A stretch of DNA of 64,000 nt from Candidatus Hydrogenedentota bacterium (lineage in GTDB: Bacteria; Hydrogenedentota; Hydrogenedentia; Hydrogenedentales; SLHB01): the NCBI GenBank assembly GCA_963668025.2, contig CAXXTH010000003.1, positions 96,001 to 160,000 of the forward strand. Direction: 5' to 3'. Positions 30,786-40,464 of this stretch are shown piece by piece. Within the stretch, counting starts at the first letter, position 1. Each line of letters opens with the position of its first letter. The position numbers and the translations under genes are program-made. The notes under the pieces were generated by a model. That model was not told the DNA's origin, searched no databases, and saw nothing but the letters and a program-made list of their open reading frames with translations.

Positions 30786-31724
30786 ATGGCGGTGATGATT
30801 CCTGGTGCGGTGGCGTATTTTGAAGGCAAATATATCCCCACGGAAGAAGCGAAGGTCAGTATCATGACCCATTCCTTCAACTACGGGACAGGCCTATTCG
30901 AAGGCATTCGCGGGTATTATGCGCCCGAAGAAGATACGGTATTGATCTTCCGTTTGAAAGAACACGTGGACCGCATGGTGCGCAATTTCAACATCATGTG
31001 TATGGAGATCCCCGAGGACCGGGCGGCCATCGAGCAGATTTGCATCGAAGTGGTGCGGCGCAGCGGATTCCATGAAGGCGTCTATATCCGTCCCATCTGC
31101 TATAAGAATGAGCTGTCGCTCGGCCCGAAGCTTAAAGGCGTGGAAAGCAGTCTGTGCTGTTATGTCATCAAGCTGGGCGAGTATTGCGATATCGAGACGG
31201 GGCTCGACGTGGCGGTTTCCTCGTGGCGGCGCTCATCCGACAATGCGATTCCGAGCCGTGTCAAATCGGTGGGAAGCTATGTCAATTCGGCGCTGGCGGC
31301 GACGGAAGCCCGGCAAGCCGGTTTCGATGAAGCCATTTTCCTGCGCCAAGACGGCTCCGTGGCGGAAGGCAGCGCCATGAACTTCTTTATCATCCAAGAT
31401 GGCAAACTGATTACAACCCAGACGAGCGCTGACATTCTTGTGGGCATTACGCGAAACACCGTCATCGAGCTTGCCCAGAAAGAATTGGGCTTGGAAGTAG
31501 AAGAACGCCCCATTGGCCGCACCGAACTCTATGTGTGCGACGAAGCCTTTTTCAGCGGTACGGGGGCCCAAGTCGCGCCGGTGCGTTCCATTGACCGCCG
31601 TATGATTGGCGACGGCAAGCCAGGGCCCATCTCGAAGCAATTGCAAAGCCTGTATTTTGATGTGGTCATGGGCAAAGTAGCGAAATACCGCCATTGGTGT
31701 ACATCCGTGCCATTAAGCAAATAA
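30786..31724 (+). CDS. ilvE: Branched-chain amino acid aminotransferase
   Basis: NYGTGLFEGIRGY, FRLKEH..R, YIRP, catalytic K in RVKSVGSY, EGSAMNFF, LVGITR, FFSGTGAQVAPV. Confidence 0.93.
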   Translation: MAVMIPGAVAYFEGKYIPTEEAKVSIMTHSFNYGTGLFEGIRGYYAPEEDTVLIFRLKEHVDRMVRNFNIMCMEIPEDRAAIEQICIEVVRRSGFHEGVYIRPICYKNELSLGPKLKGVESSLCCYVIKLGEYCDIETGLDVAVSSWRRSSDNAIPSRVKSVGSYVNSALAATEARQAGFDEAIFLRQDGSVAEGSAMNFFIIQDGKLITTQTSADILVGITRNTVIELAQKELGLEVEERPIGRTELYVCDEAFFSGTGAQVAPVRSIDRRMIGDGKPGPISKQLQSLYFDVVMGKVAKYRHWCTSVPLSK

Positions 31725-31748
31725 TCTCCACCACGGGAGGAGCAGGCC

Positions 31749-31931
31749 ATGAGCAATAAAGGATGTGCGAAGTGTTCCATGCGTGTGCGATACGACCGCA
31801 ATCCCGCGTCCATCCTGGGAAGATTGTGGAAATGGCACATAGGCTGGTGTCCCAGATGGAAAAGCTATCTAAAATCGCTTCCCGATGAGGAGCGCCGGGC
31901 GCTCGAAGAGCAATACGGCAGGCGGCTGTAA
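31749..31931 (+). CDS. Small Cys/His-rich hypothetical protein
   Basis: 60 aa, CxxC...WHxxWCPxWKxY, GGAGG RBS, terminator follows. Confidence 0.75.
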   Translation: MSNKGCAKCSMRVRYDRNPASILGRLWKWHIGWCPRWKSYLKSLPDEERRALEEQYGRRL

Positions 31932-31940
31932 CCGGGAGTC

Positions 31941-31984
31941 AGAGGGGTTTTGGCGCAATCATATGCCCAAAGCCCCTCTTTTTC
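31941..31984 (+). terminator. Rho-independent terminator
   Basis: agaggggttttgg...ccaaagcccctct followed by a T-run. Confidence 0.8.
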
Positions 31985-32439
31985 TTTTGCCGGGCATGTT
32001 TTTTATCCAAAATGTAACACAGCGCCAAGGCGCTTCCACCTATTTAAGTGGAAGATGCGCTCTTAAATCATTGCCACATATAGGGATAGGTTTGCCATGC
32101 TCCTATGCCAAATACACCTATCCGGTTTCACGGCCTATGCGCCAGTCTCTCCGCCTGCTCTGCACTCCAAATCCGATTCCGAATTTATACATGATACATC
32201 AAACAAAATGGGATTGAATGGGGTCTAAAGCAACGGGGAAAACGATTATAGGGAACCAGTAGGGCGTTTGAGCGTATAATGCATGTGGACAGGGAGGCCC
32301 ATCGAGAAAAGAATTTTTTGGAATTCAGCGACATAGAAGCATACAACTATTGCATGGAGGTGCAAAATGCGGTAGGATGTATACATAATAAATGTGCTAT
32401 TGAGAGCATGGTGGCGGCGTTCCGAGAGGAGTGGTGCGC

Positions 32440-33660
32440 ATGACAGATGCAAATCCTGCTAATAGGGGCAATGGCTCGGCTGTAGTGTGTCCTAGTTGCC
32501 ATATGGAGTCCAGCAAATGGGATCGAACATGCCGCTTTTGCGGCGAAGAGTTGCACAGCATTACGGAGAATTCGCAGGATCAAGAAGCTTCAACTGAACG
32601 GGAATATAATTCCGACGGTTTTACCGCGCCCATATCGCCAGATCGGGAGCCGGACAAGCTGCGGCTGTGTCCAAGCTGCCGAATGCAGATCAGCATTCTT
32701 GCTGTAAAATGCCGGTATTGCGGCGAAGAAGTGGGCCGTCCCCGTGCGGAACAGCGCAGCCTGACCATTCGTGATCTTGGGGGCGAGACCGTGATGCATG
32801 TGGCTCCCTCCAAAAGCGTGATCGATGCGCTACAGGCGTTCCGGGAAGAAGAGCATGCTACGCAACTGGAACGCAACACGCCAGCGATCAAGCGGAAAAA
32901 AGACAATCGTACGCCGCCAGCCCATCCTGGCGCTACAGCGCAGCTAGATGCCTCCCATGCCTCACTGGCGTCTATTGCCATGGAATCCAAGCCCTTCGCC
33001 TATGTTCAGGAATCGGGCGGCCCGTCAGGCTGGTTCGAGCGTTTGCGCCTACCCCTCTATATAACGGCTGGCGTCCTCGCCCTATGCCTGGCAGGATTTG
33101 GCCTTTTTTGGTATTTGGGCCGTCCGGCTCCCGAAATGGGCGTGCCAGAGAACCTTGCCAAAAGCATGCTAAGCCAGGGCGTGGCCATCGTCGAAACCTT
33201 GAAAGTGGCTGAACAATACCATAGGCGGTATCCCTCCGATGAGAGTTTGGCTGTGTTAGGTCAAGCACGCGACCGTTTGCGGGCGGAAGTGGACCGCCTG
33301 ATCAATGCGGACCCATTTAAGATGGAATGCCTTCGGGAAGCCTCCGCACTGGCCAGCGACGCCCAGCGCATTGATCCCAGTACGGGTACGGTAGCGCTGG
33401 TGGATGAAGTAGCGCGTGAAGTGCGCGCATATTGCGTCATGCTGGTGGATGTCGATACCAAAGACCCGCCTGCCGCCCAGGTTCGTGTAACCAACACGGA
33501 CCGTACCGTGAGCGAAATCAAGGTGAAGGCCGGCGAGACTTTTTATGACAACCGCTTCAAGGTGGAAGCTGTCTCCACAAATAGCATTTATGTGGTGGAT
33601 TCGATGCGCAATAACCGCCGGTTACGTATTACACGCACCGCCGGGATGATTCCCATGTAA
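32440..33660 (+). CDS. Zinc-ribbon-containing bitopic membrane protein
   Basis: Two CPxC..CRxC modules, one TM helix, C-terminal extracytoplasmic domain. GAGGAG RBS. Confidence 0.75.
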   Translation: MTDANPANRGNGSAVVCPSCHMESSKWDRTCRFCGEELHSITENSQDQEASTEREYNSDGFTAPISPDREPDKLRLCPSCRMQISILAVKCRYCGEEVGRPRAEQRSLTIRDLGGETVMHVAPSKSVIDALQAFREEEHATQLERNTPAIKRKKDNRTPPAHPGATAQLDASHASLASIAMESKPFAYVQESGGPSGWFERLRLPLYITAGVLALCLAGFGLFWYLGRPAPEMGVPENLAKSMLSQGVAIVETLKVAEQYHRRYPSDESLAVLGQARDRLRAEVDRLINADPFKMECLREASALASDAQRIDPSTGTVALVDEVAREVRAYCVMLVDVDTKDPPAAQVRVTNTDRTVSEIKVKAGETFYDNRFKVEAVSTNSIYVVDSMRNNRRLRITRTAGMIPM

Positions 33661-33668
33661 TACGGCCA

Positions 33669-33701
33669 GCGCCAGAAGCCTGCAAACAAGGCTTCTGGCG
33701 C
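33669..33701. terminator. Hairpin between convergent genes
   Basis: gcgccagaagcct / aggcttctggcgc. Confidence 0.75.
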
Positions 33702-33726
33702 CAGGCATATCATGCAGAGCTGCTAT

Positions 33727-34515
33727 TCACCAGTGGTATTCCTGCCACTCCGGTTCGTTGTCGAAAATCCACTGGTAGTACTCTTTATTTTCGAGGAGGG
33801 CGCCAGCGGATTCGTCCACGATAACGGTGCATTTAGGGTGAAGCTGAAGGGCGGAGGCCGAGATCATGGATGTGACAGGCCCTTCCACCGCCTTGGCGAT
33901 GACCGCCGCCTTGCTTTTGCCCGTGGCGAGGAGCAAACACCGCTTGCATTCCAGGATAGTGCCTACGCCCATGGTCAGCGCGCGGCGGGGCATTTTGTTT
34001 ACACCGCCGAAAAACGGCGCATTTTGCTCGAGCGTCTCGGGGCTGAGGGCTTTTGGGCGTGTGCGCGACAGCATGGCGGACAACGGTTCATTGAAGCCAA
34101 TATGCCCGGTCTTCCCGATGCCAAGCAGTTGGAGATCAATCCCATTGCATGCATGAATCTCCGTCTCATATGCGGCGCATGCCGCATCCAGATCGGGGGC
34201 CATTCCATCAGGCAAGTGCGTGTTGCGCGGATCAATATTCACCTGCGAGAACAAATGCTTGTTCATATAGAATCGGTAGGAATTGGGATCTTCCACTGGA
34301 ATCCCGATGTATTCATCCAAATTGAACGTCCGGGCAAGGGAAAAATCGAGCCCGTCATCCTCGTGAAACTCGACCAATCGCTTATAGACAGCCTCCATGG
34401 TGCGGCCTGTGGCCAAGCCTAATACCAAACCAGGCTTTTCTTGGAGTGCGTGTGCGATAAGCCCTGCGGTGAGTGCGACTGCGTCTTCTTTTGTAGGCCG
34501 GACAATGACTTCCAT
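33727..34515 (-). CDS. nagB: Glucosamine-6-phosphate deaminase
   Basis: VLGLATGRT, TFNLDEY, DLQLLGIG..GHIGFNEP, ALTMGVGTI, ASALQLHP. Confidence 0.95.
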   Translation of the reverse strand: MEVIVRPTKEDAVALTAGLIAHALQEKPGLVLGLATGRTMEAVYKRLVEFHEDDGLDFSLARTFNLDEYIGIPVEDPNSYRFYMNKHLFSQVNIDPRNTHLPDGMAPDLDAACAAYETEIHACNGIDLQLLGIGKTGHIGFNEPLSAMLSRTRPKALSPETLEQNAPFFGGVNKMPRRALTMGVGTILECKRCLLLATGKSKAAVIAKAVEGPVTSMISASALQLHPKCTVIVDESAGALLENKEYYQWIFDNEPEWQEYHW

Positions 34516-34564
34516 GAATGGCTCCTAATTCGCTTCAAATGGCGTTCTATTCACAATACGGACA

Positions 34565-36835
34565 TCAAATATGCTTCCATGAGCGCACATCATAACGTGA
34601 ACTCAAGAAACCTCCTGTTTTTACTGCGGCCGGGCCAGCGTCTTTATCATAAGTGAGCGTGATGCGGTTCATGTGGCCCTGCTCGAAATCGAAAGACACT
34701 CCATCGTCCTCGTATAAGGTAAAGGGCGTGCATGCTGCTCCAAAAGTAAGCACCTCAAGCTGGAACACCGTATCTTCTCCAACCCATTCGACAGGCTCCG
34801 CCAGCGGGACAATGCTTCCCTCACGCACGAATATGGGTATCGTATCGAGTGGCGCGGCGATCAAGTGGCGCTGGCCGCCTGCGATCGGCTGGCGAGTCCA
34901 AAAATCATACCAAACGCCCGCAGGCAAATAAACTTCCCGCTGTGTTTGGCCAGCCGTCATCGGGGCTACGAGCAGCGCATCGCCCATGAGATACGCATCG
35001 TCGATATTGCGCACTTCCGGGTCATCCGGATAATCCATCACCAAGGCGCGGAACGGCGGCAGGCCCTCGAAACGGTAGCGGGCGAAGGCGGCGTACAGAT
35101 AGGGCAGCAGCCGCATGCGCCACTCGAAATAGCGGCGGCAGAGCATGGTGGCCGTTTCCCGATCCGGCATGGCTTCTCCCGCGATGTTCTTTTCCCGGTT
35201 CACTTGGAACCAAGGCGTATTTGGGATGAACCACGCGTTAATCAAGGCTTGAGGCGAGAACACGACAGACTGCACCCGGCGCACAAGGTCTTCCGAGGAA
35301 TCGCATGAACGCACTTCCGGCGACCACAGCAGTCCAGAAAATCCGCAATTCACCACGCCGCGAATAAAGTCGCGATGGTCGTATAAATCGCTATAAAGCA
35401 CGAACGGAAATGGCGCGGCGAGGGCGTGTGCGGCGCGCACTTGGCCATACGTGCGTTTGTTGTTTTGCACGAAGGGGCGGTACATGGTGCGGGTGTATAA
35501 CGTGCCCAGGAGGGAATGCATCTGCTCGCCATCCAGGCCAGAAGGGAAAATCGTATGCTCGGGAAACGACCACGGCGAGCCGATAAAATCCGAGTTATCA
35601 CATTCGTCGAGTTTAAAGCCGCTGATGCCTTTATCTATGAGCGCGGTTTCGTGGTAATCCGCAAAAAGGCTTGCGGCCTTTTTAATCGTGAGATCAGGCA
35701 CTAAGCCCAGCATGCCCGGATAATCGCCGGAGAGAGGTTTGATCTCTTCATAAAAGGGTGCGTCAGGATGGACAAAGACATGCTCCCAAAGATTGAGTTT
35801 ATATCCCAGCGTTTTCATATCGGCTATAAACGCATCTGGTGTTGGGAAGTGTTCCGAATTCCACAAGTACGTGCAAGGATAACTATGGGTATGCCATCCG
35901 GGCTCCAAGCCAAACACATCGCACGGAATATGCTCGCGGCGCAACTCACCCGCCAGCCGCAGGGCCTCTTTATCAGAGAATTTGCCTTCGCCCCGGTACC
36001 ATACGCCAAGCCCCCATAACGGTGGAAAGCATCCGCCGCCGCTAAACAGATTGTAACGCTGCACGGCGGCCTTAAGGGTAGGCCCTGCAAAGACATATAC
36101 ATCAACGCCCTTCGCCACGGGCACTTCGATCATCATATCGCGGTTGCGCCGTTGATCCGCATCCGATTGGTATAACGTGGAGGCCGAAGCGTCCGGCGCA
36201 AAGGTCTTGCCTGCGGCCAATTCCGCCGCGATGCCGCTGGCGAGGGGATGGCTGCCCGCGTAGAACGTCACATACCGCGCCGTATCTACATAGACGCCAT
36301 ACCCTTTCGTCGAGACATAAAACGGCGTGGGGGCATGGGAATCCCCGGTATCGGCCACGGGGTCCGAGTTCACGCGCAAGGTCTTTTTCTTGCCCGTTTG
36401 CCGGAATGACTTGAGCTGGAGGCCGAAGCCATATAGGTCTTCATCGCGGCCCAATGGCAATTCGATGACACAACCGCGCGCGGTGGAGCGATACAACACC
36501 TCCTCGATAGAGAAAGGCGGCTCTATCGTATCGCCGAGTTCATGCAAGGCGCCGTCCAATGGCTTGAACTCCCGATACTCCAATGGAGTAGCCGTTTCCG
36601 GCTCTCCACAACGGATTTTCCAGACGCCAGGGGCAATTCGCTTCATGCAGGGGCTCTCCTGATTTTTAGAACACATGGTATCCTTCTGAATAGCTGATCC
36701 GCCAGCGTCATCACAACGCGTTTCACGAGTGCCGGCCTCTTTCGCGCTGGCCAGGCAAACCGGATCTGCCGCCGCCGCCATTCCACAGAGCATGCCCAGC
36801 AGTAAAACTCCGCCACGTCGCATGTGCATGATCAT
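34565..36835 (-). CDS. Glycoside hydrolase family 31
   Basis: YGFGLQ, PFYVST, PPLWGLG, IPCDVFGLEPGW, GFKLDECD, RMRLLPYLY, YLMGDALLVAP, YLPAG.WYDFW. Confidence 0.9.
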   Translation of the reverse strand: MIMHMRRGGVLLLGMLCGMAAAADPVCLASAKEAGTRETRCDDAGGSAIQKDTMCSKNQESPCMKRIAPGVWKIRCGEPETATPLEYREFKPLDGALHELGDTIEPPFSIEEVLYRSTARGCVIELPLGRDEDLYGFGLQLKSFRQTGKKKTLRVNSDPVADTGDSHAPTPFYVSTKGYGVYVDTARYVTFYAGSHPLASGIAAELAAGKTFAPDASASTLYQSDADQRRNRDMMIEVPVAKGVDVYVFAGPTLKAAVQRYNLFSGGGCFPPLWGLGVWYRGEGKFSDKEALRLAGELRREHIPCDVFGLEPGWHTHSYPCTYLWNSEHFPTPDAFIADMKTLGYKLNLWEHVFVHPDAPFYEEIKPLSGDYPGMLGLVPDLTIKKAASLFADYHETALIDKGISGFKLDECDNSDFIGSPWSFPEHTIFPSGLDGEQMHSLLGTLYTRTMYRPFVQNNKRTYGQVRAAHALAAPFPFVLYSDLYDHRDFIRGVVNCGFSGLLWSPEVRSCDSSEDLVRRVQSVVFSPQALINAWFIPNTPWFQVNREKNIAGEAMPDRETATMLCRRYFEWRMRLLPYLYAAFARYRFEGLPPFRALVMDYPDDPEVRNIDDAYLMGDALLVAPMTAGQTQREVYLPAGVWYDFWTRQPIAGGQRHLIAAPLDTIPIFVREGSIVPLAEPVEWVGEDTVFQLEVLTFGAACTPFTLYEDDGVSFDFEQGHMNRITLTYDKDAGPAAVKTGGFLSSRYDVRSWKHI

Positions 36836-37187
36836 TCTCCCATGATGTATCTGCTTTTTTCGTTAAAACAGCGGCTCCATGACTTGCGGGAAATATGTAT
36901 AAACCGTATATCTTTCCCATGGCGTGCGTTCAAGTAAACGCACGAAAAAGCTTCCAAATCTAGGATGCTATATTATACTCGCCGCCCAGGCCTTATTATA
37001 GAGCGGATTTCGTTTGAAGGCCCGTTTTCGGCTCTATGGCGATGTAGATTCACATGAGGCGCATTTTTTGAATTTCCCTTTTGTAGATGCGTTCCGCCGT
37101 TCGGGCTATATTGCGTGTCTTGCGGCACGAAATAGTATACTGAATCCATTACGGAATAGTGTTGCTAAATTGTAAGGAAAGATCAGG

Positions 37188-38105
37188 ATGAGCGGTCATC
37201 ATCATCACGGAGAAGAAAACCATCCGCCCTTGGATCATACGCGAGCTTTTGTTGTTGGAATCGTGCTCAACGTGCTCGTGGTGCTGGTTCAAGTAGTGAT
37301 GGGAGTATATGCCGGTTCGCTGGCCCTCATGGCGGATGCGGGCCATAACCTGTCCGATGTGCTGGGATTGATGCTGGCATGGGGGGGGGTGCTGCTCGCA
37401 CGCCGCCAGCCGACCCCACGGCACACCTATGGGCTGCGTCGTTCCACTATTCTTGCCGCACTGGCGAACTCCATCCTTATCCTGCTGGCTGTGGGCGCTA
37501 TCGCCTGGGAGGCTATCCGCCGTTTTAATCATCCTGAACCCGTGGAGGGTGGGATTGTCATGGCGGTCGCGGGATTCGGAATCGCCATTAATGCGTTGAC
37601 GGCATGGCTATTCATGTCGGGCCGGAAAAAGGACATCAACCTGGAAGGCGCTTTTCTGCACATGGCGGGGGATGCCGCCATATCGCTAGGCGTAGTGATT
37701 GGCGGGGCGCTGATGATCTGGACCGGCTATGCGTGGATCGATCCCGTATTGAGCTTGGCAATAGCTTTCTTGATCGCATGGAGCACCTGGAGCCTCCTCA
37801 AAAAGAGCTTGAATCTGGCCATGGATGCCGTGCCTGCCCATATCAATCCCCATGAGGTCAGAGCCTATTTGGATCAATTGCCGGGCGTGATGGAAGTGCA
37901 TGATCTCCATATCTGGCCGATGAGCACCACCGAGGCGGCGCTCACAGCCCATTTGGTCATGCCGGAAGGTTTGCCGAATGATGCATTCTGGCATCACGCC
38001 AATCATGGCTTAGCCGAACGGTTTGATATACGCCATTCGACCATCCAGGTGGAGCGAGGCGATAGCGAACACCCGTGCCATCTGGCGCCAGACACGCACG
38101 TCTGA
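37188..38105 (+). CDS. czcD: Cation diffusion facilitator (Co/Zn/Cd efflux)
   Basis: His-rich N-terminus, SLALMADAGHNLSD, TYG..R, AFLHMAGD, VHDLHIW, HSTIQVE. Confidence 0.9.
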   Translation: MSGHHHHGEENHPPLDHTRAFVVGIVLNVLVVLVQVVMGVYAGSLALMADAGHNLSDVLGLMLAWGGVLLARRQPTPRHTYGLRRSTILAALANSILILLAVGAIAWEAIRRFNHPEPVEGGIVMAVAGFGIAINALTAWLFMSGRKKDINLEGAFLHMAGDAAISLGVVIGGALMIWTGYAWIDPVLSLAIAFLIAWSTWSLLKKSLNLAMDAVPAHINPHEVRAYLDQLPGVMEVHDLHIWPMSTTEAALTAHLVMPEGLPNDAFWHHANHGLAERFDIRHSTIQVERGDSEHPCHLAPDTHV

Positions 38106-38153
38106 ATAATGCCCATTGGATTCACCGCTTTTTCAGCAGCAGGAGCGTGCAGT

Positions 38154-39233
38154 ATGTACGACACAATGGCCGTCCATGTGATGAGCGGAACAGGCAATTC
38201 GCTTCGCGCCGCCCGCCAAATGGCTGCACTCGCGCAAGATCGCGGCTTAAAAACGTCGGTTTCCCTTGTGGAGCGGGGCGTTCGGCTGGATGCTCCGCCT
38301 TGTGCAAATAAGACGCTTGTAGGCTTCTGTTTCCCCGCCCATGGCTTTACCGCGCCATGGCTGATGATCCGTTTCGCTGCGTTGTCGCCCTGGGGTGGCG
38401 GCGTTCACGCCTTTGTGTTGGTGACGAGGGGAGGGACGAAGTTTGGCCCCTTGTTTTTCCCCGGAATGGAAGGCACGGCGGCTTATCTCATCGCCCTGTT
38501 GCTCGTATTGCGGGGGTGCCGCGTGCGGGGCGTCCTTGGGCTTGATATGCCTTCCAATTGGACCTCCCTGCATTCCGGCTTTCGAGAAGAGAACGCCCGC
38601 GCCATCATGGAGCACTCAGCGCCACGGCTGGCGCATTTCACGGAGCGCCTTCTTGATGGGAAAAAAGCTTTCGGCGGATTCATTTGCCTGCTCCTTGGGC
38701 TTCTTCTATTGCCCCTTTCCGTTGCCTATTTGCTGTTTGGCCGTTTTTTTCTCGCCAAATTGTTTTTCGCCAATACGGAATGCAACGGCTGCGGCCAGTG
38801 CATGCGCAATTGTCCGGCGCAGGCGATTCGGATGAGAGGGAGGCCTTCACGGCCTTATTGGACGGTGGCGTGCGAAAGCTGCATGCGTTGCATGGCCTAT
38901 TGCCCGCGTCAAGCCATTGAAGCCGGCCATTCCTGGGGATTATTGCTATGGCTGGCCGTATCGCTGCCCATGGCCCATTGGATTCAGCCCGCGCTACTTG
39001 CCGCGTGGCCATGGCTCGGGCGGCTAGAACCGGCGGTGGGCCATTGGCTGCTCCTCCTCCTCACGTATCCGGCGTATCTTTTCCTCTTGTGCGCGGCGTA
39101 TGTGTTGTTTTGGGCAGTTATCCGGATGCCATGGCTCAACATGGCCTTCAGCTATACTACGCTTACTCATCTATACCGCCGCTATCACGAACCCGGCACC
39201 CCCATTGATGCCTTGCACAAGCTCGATAAATAA
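38154..39233 (+). CDS. EFR1-family flavodoxin/4Fe-4S ferredoxin protein
   Basis: SGTGNS flavodoxin loop, DMPSNW, CNGCGQC..CP and CESCMRC..CP. Confidence 0.88.
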   Translation: MYDTMAVHVMSGTGNSLRAARQMAALAQDRGLKTSVSLVERGVRLDAPPCANKTLVGFCFPAHGFTAPWLMIRFAALSPWGGGVHAFVLVTRGGTKFGPLFFPGMEGTAAYLIALLLVLRGCRVRGVLGLDMPSNWTSLHSGFREENARAIMEHSAPRLAHFTERLLDGKKAFGGFICLLLGLLLLPLSVAYLLFGRFFLAKLFFANTECNGCGQCMRNCPAQAIRMRGRPSRPYWTVACESCMRCMAYCPRQAIEAGHSWGLLLWLAVSLPMAHWIQPALLAAWPWLGRLEPAVGHWLLLLLTYPAYLFLLCAAYVLFWAVIRMPWLNMAFSYTTLTHLYRRYHEPGTPIDALHKLDK

Positions 39234-39309
39234 ATGCACACGGGCTTCCCAGGCATGCTCATACCCCCATTTCGTTTCTCGCGCTTTCGCCTTCGTGCTT
39301 TCGCCTTCG

Positions 39310-39338
39310 TTGACATTGGGGGGTGGGCTCAGTATGAT
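39310..39338 (+). promoter_or_regulatory. Sigma70 promoter of purC-purF
   Basis: TTGACA-17 nt-TATGAT. Confidence 0.8.
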
Positions 39339-39344
39339 CTAGCC

Positions 39345-39545
39345 GCTGGGGCGTTCAGGAGCATAAAGGCGGAGTCCGGCTGCATCTTGGACCTCGGAAG
39401 GTGCGATTCAAGGGCGCGCTGTTCTTTGTGCGCCATGTTCTTTTACCCATGGTTTCCAGCAAGCTAGTGCTTTTTCGTGGTGAATCTCGCCATGGGTGAT
39501 GAATTCAGGAAACCCGAAACGCGGATGGTTCAGCCTTGTGCTGGC
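39345..39545 (+). promoter_or_regulatory. Structured 5' leader of purC-purF (candidate cis-regulatory RNA)
   Basis: Closing stem 39360-39378/39522-39542 encloses three hairpins. The SD follows directly. Confidence 0.5.
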
Positions 39546-39566
39546 AATAGGGAGGATTGTGTTGAC

Positions 39567-40460
39567 ATGACCCAGGAAGCCCTAATCGAGACCCATCTAC
39601 CCGGGCGCACGCCTGTGGCCCGAGGCAAAGTGCGTGACATTTATGATCTGGGCGATCACCTGATCATCGTCGCCACGGATCGTATTTCAGCATTCGATTG
39701 GATCAATCCCGTGGGGATTCCGGATAAGGGAAAAATCCTGACGGCCGTCTCTCTGTTCTGGTTCGAACAAATGGCGGATATCGTGCCCAATCATCTTGAA
39801 TCCGCCGATATTCGGGATTTCCCCGAAGACTTTCAATACCATGCCAGCCAATTTGAAGGCCGCTCGATGCTGGTGCGTAAATGTGAGATGTTCCCCGTGG
39901 AATTCGTGATTCGGGGTTATTTGGCGGGCAGCGGCTGGAAAGAATATAAAACCCAAGGCACAGTTTGCGGGCACACTTTACCTACGGGGCTCGTGGAATC
40001 CAGCCGGCTAGATCAGCCAATCTTCACCCCCGCCACAAAGTCCACCGATGGCCATGATCTCAACATCAGCCCGGCTGAAGCCGCCCAGATTATCGGCGAG
40101 AAATGCTGTAACGCGGCGGCGGAAGCCGCTTTGCGCGTCTATGAACACGCGCGCGGAATTGCGGAGCAGAAGGGCATTATTCTGTGTGATACGAAGTTTG
40201 AATTTGGCATGCGGGATGGCGAACTGGTTCTTGCGGATGAGATCCTCACACCAGATTCCTCCCGTTTCTGGCCTGCGGATCAATATGCCCCCGGCCATTC
40301 CCAGCCAAGTTATGACAAGCAATTCGTCCGGGATTGGCTTGAATCCACCGGATGGGACAAAAATTCGCCGCCTCCGCCCCTGCCCGCGGAAGTAGTCGAG
40401 AAGACGCGCGATAAATACTTGGAAGCGTATAGAAAACTCACGGGAAAGACGGATCTCTAA
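39567..40460 (+). CDS. purC: SAICAR synthetase
   Basis: GKVRDIY, ATDRISAFD, IPDKG, EFVIRGYLAGSGW, DTKFEFG, DEILTPDSSRFW, DKQFVRDWL. Confidence 0.97.
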   Translation: MTQEALIETHLPGRTPVARGKVRDIYDLGDHLIIVATDRISAFDWINPVGIPDKGKILTAVSLFWFEQMADIVPNHLESADIRDFPEDFQYHASQFEGRSMLVRKCEMFPVEFVIRGYLAGSGWKEYKTQGTVCGHTLPTGLVESSRLDQPIFTPATKSTDGHDLNISPAEAAQIIGEKCCNAAAEAALRVYEHARGIAEQKGIILCDTKFEFGMRDGELVLADEILTPDSSRFWPADQYAPGHSQPSYDKQFVRDWLESTGWDKNSPPPPLPAEVVEKTRDKYLEAYRKLTGKTDL

Positions 40461-40464
40461 CCTC

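Noticed and set aside
39270-39310. Short tandem repeat (gctttcgccttcgt x2) before the purC promoter
   Set aside because: Only two units, low complexity, and no further copies seen.
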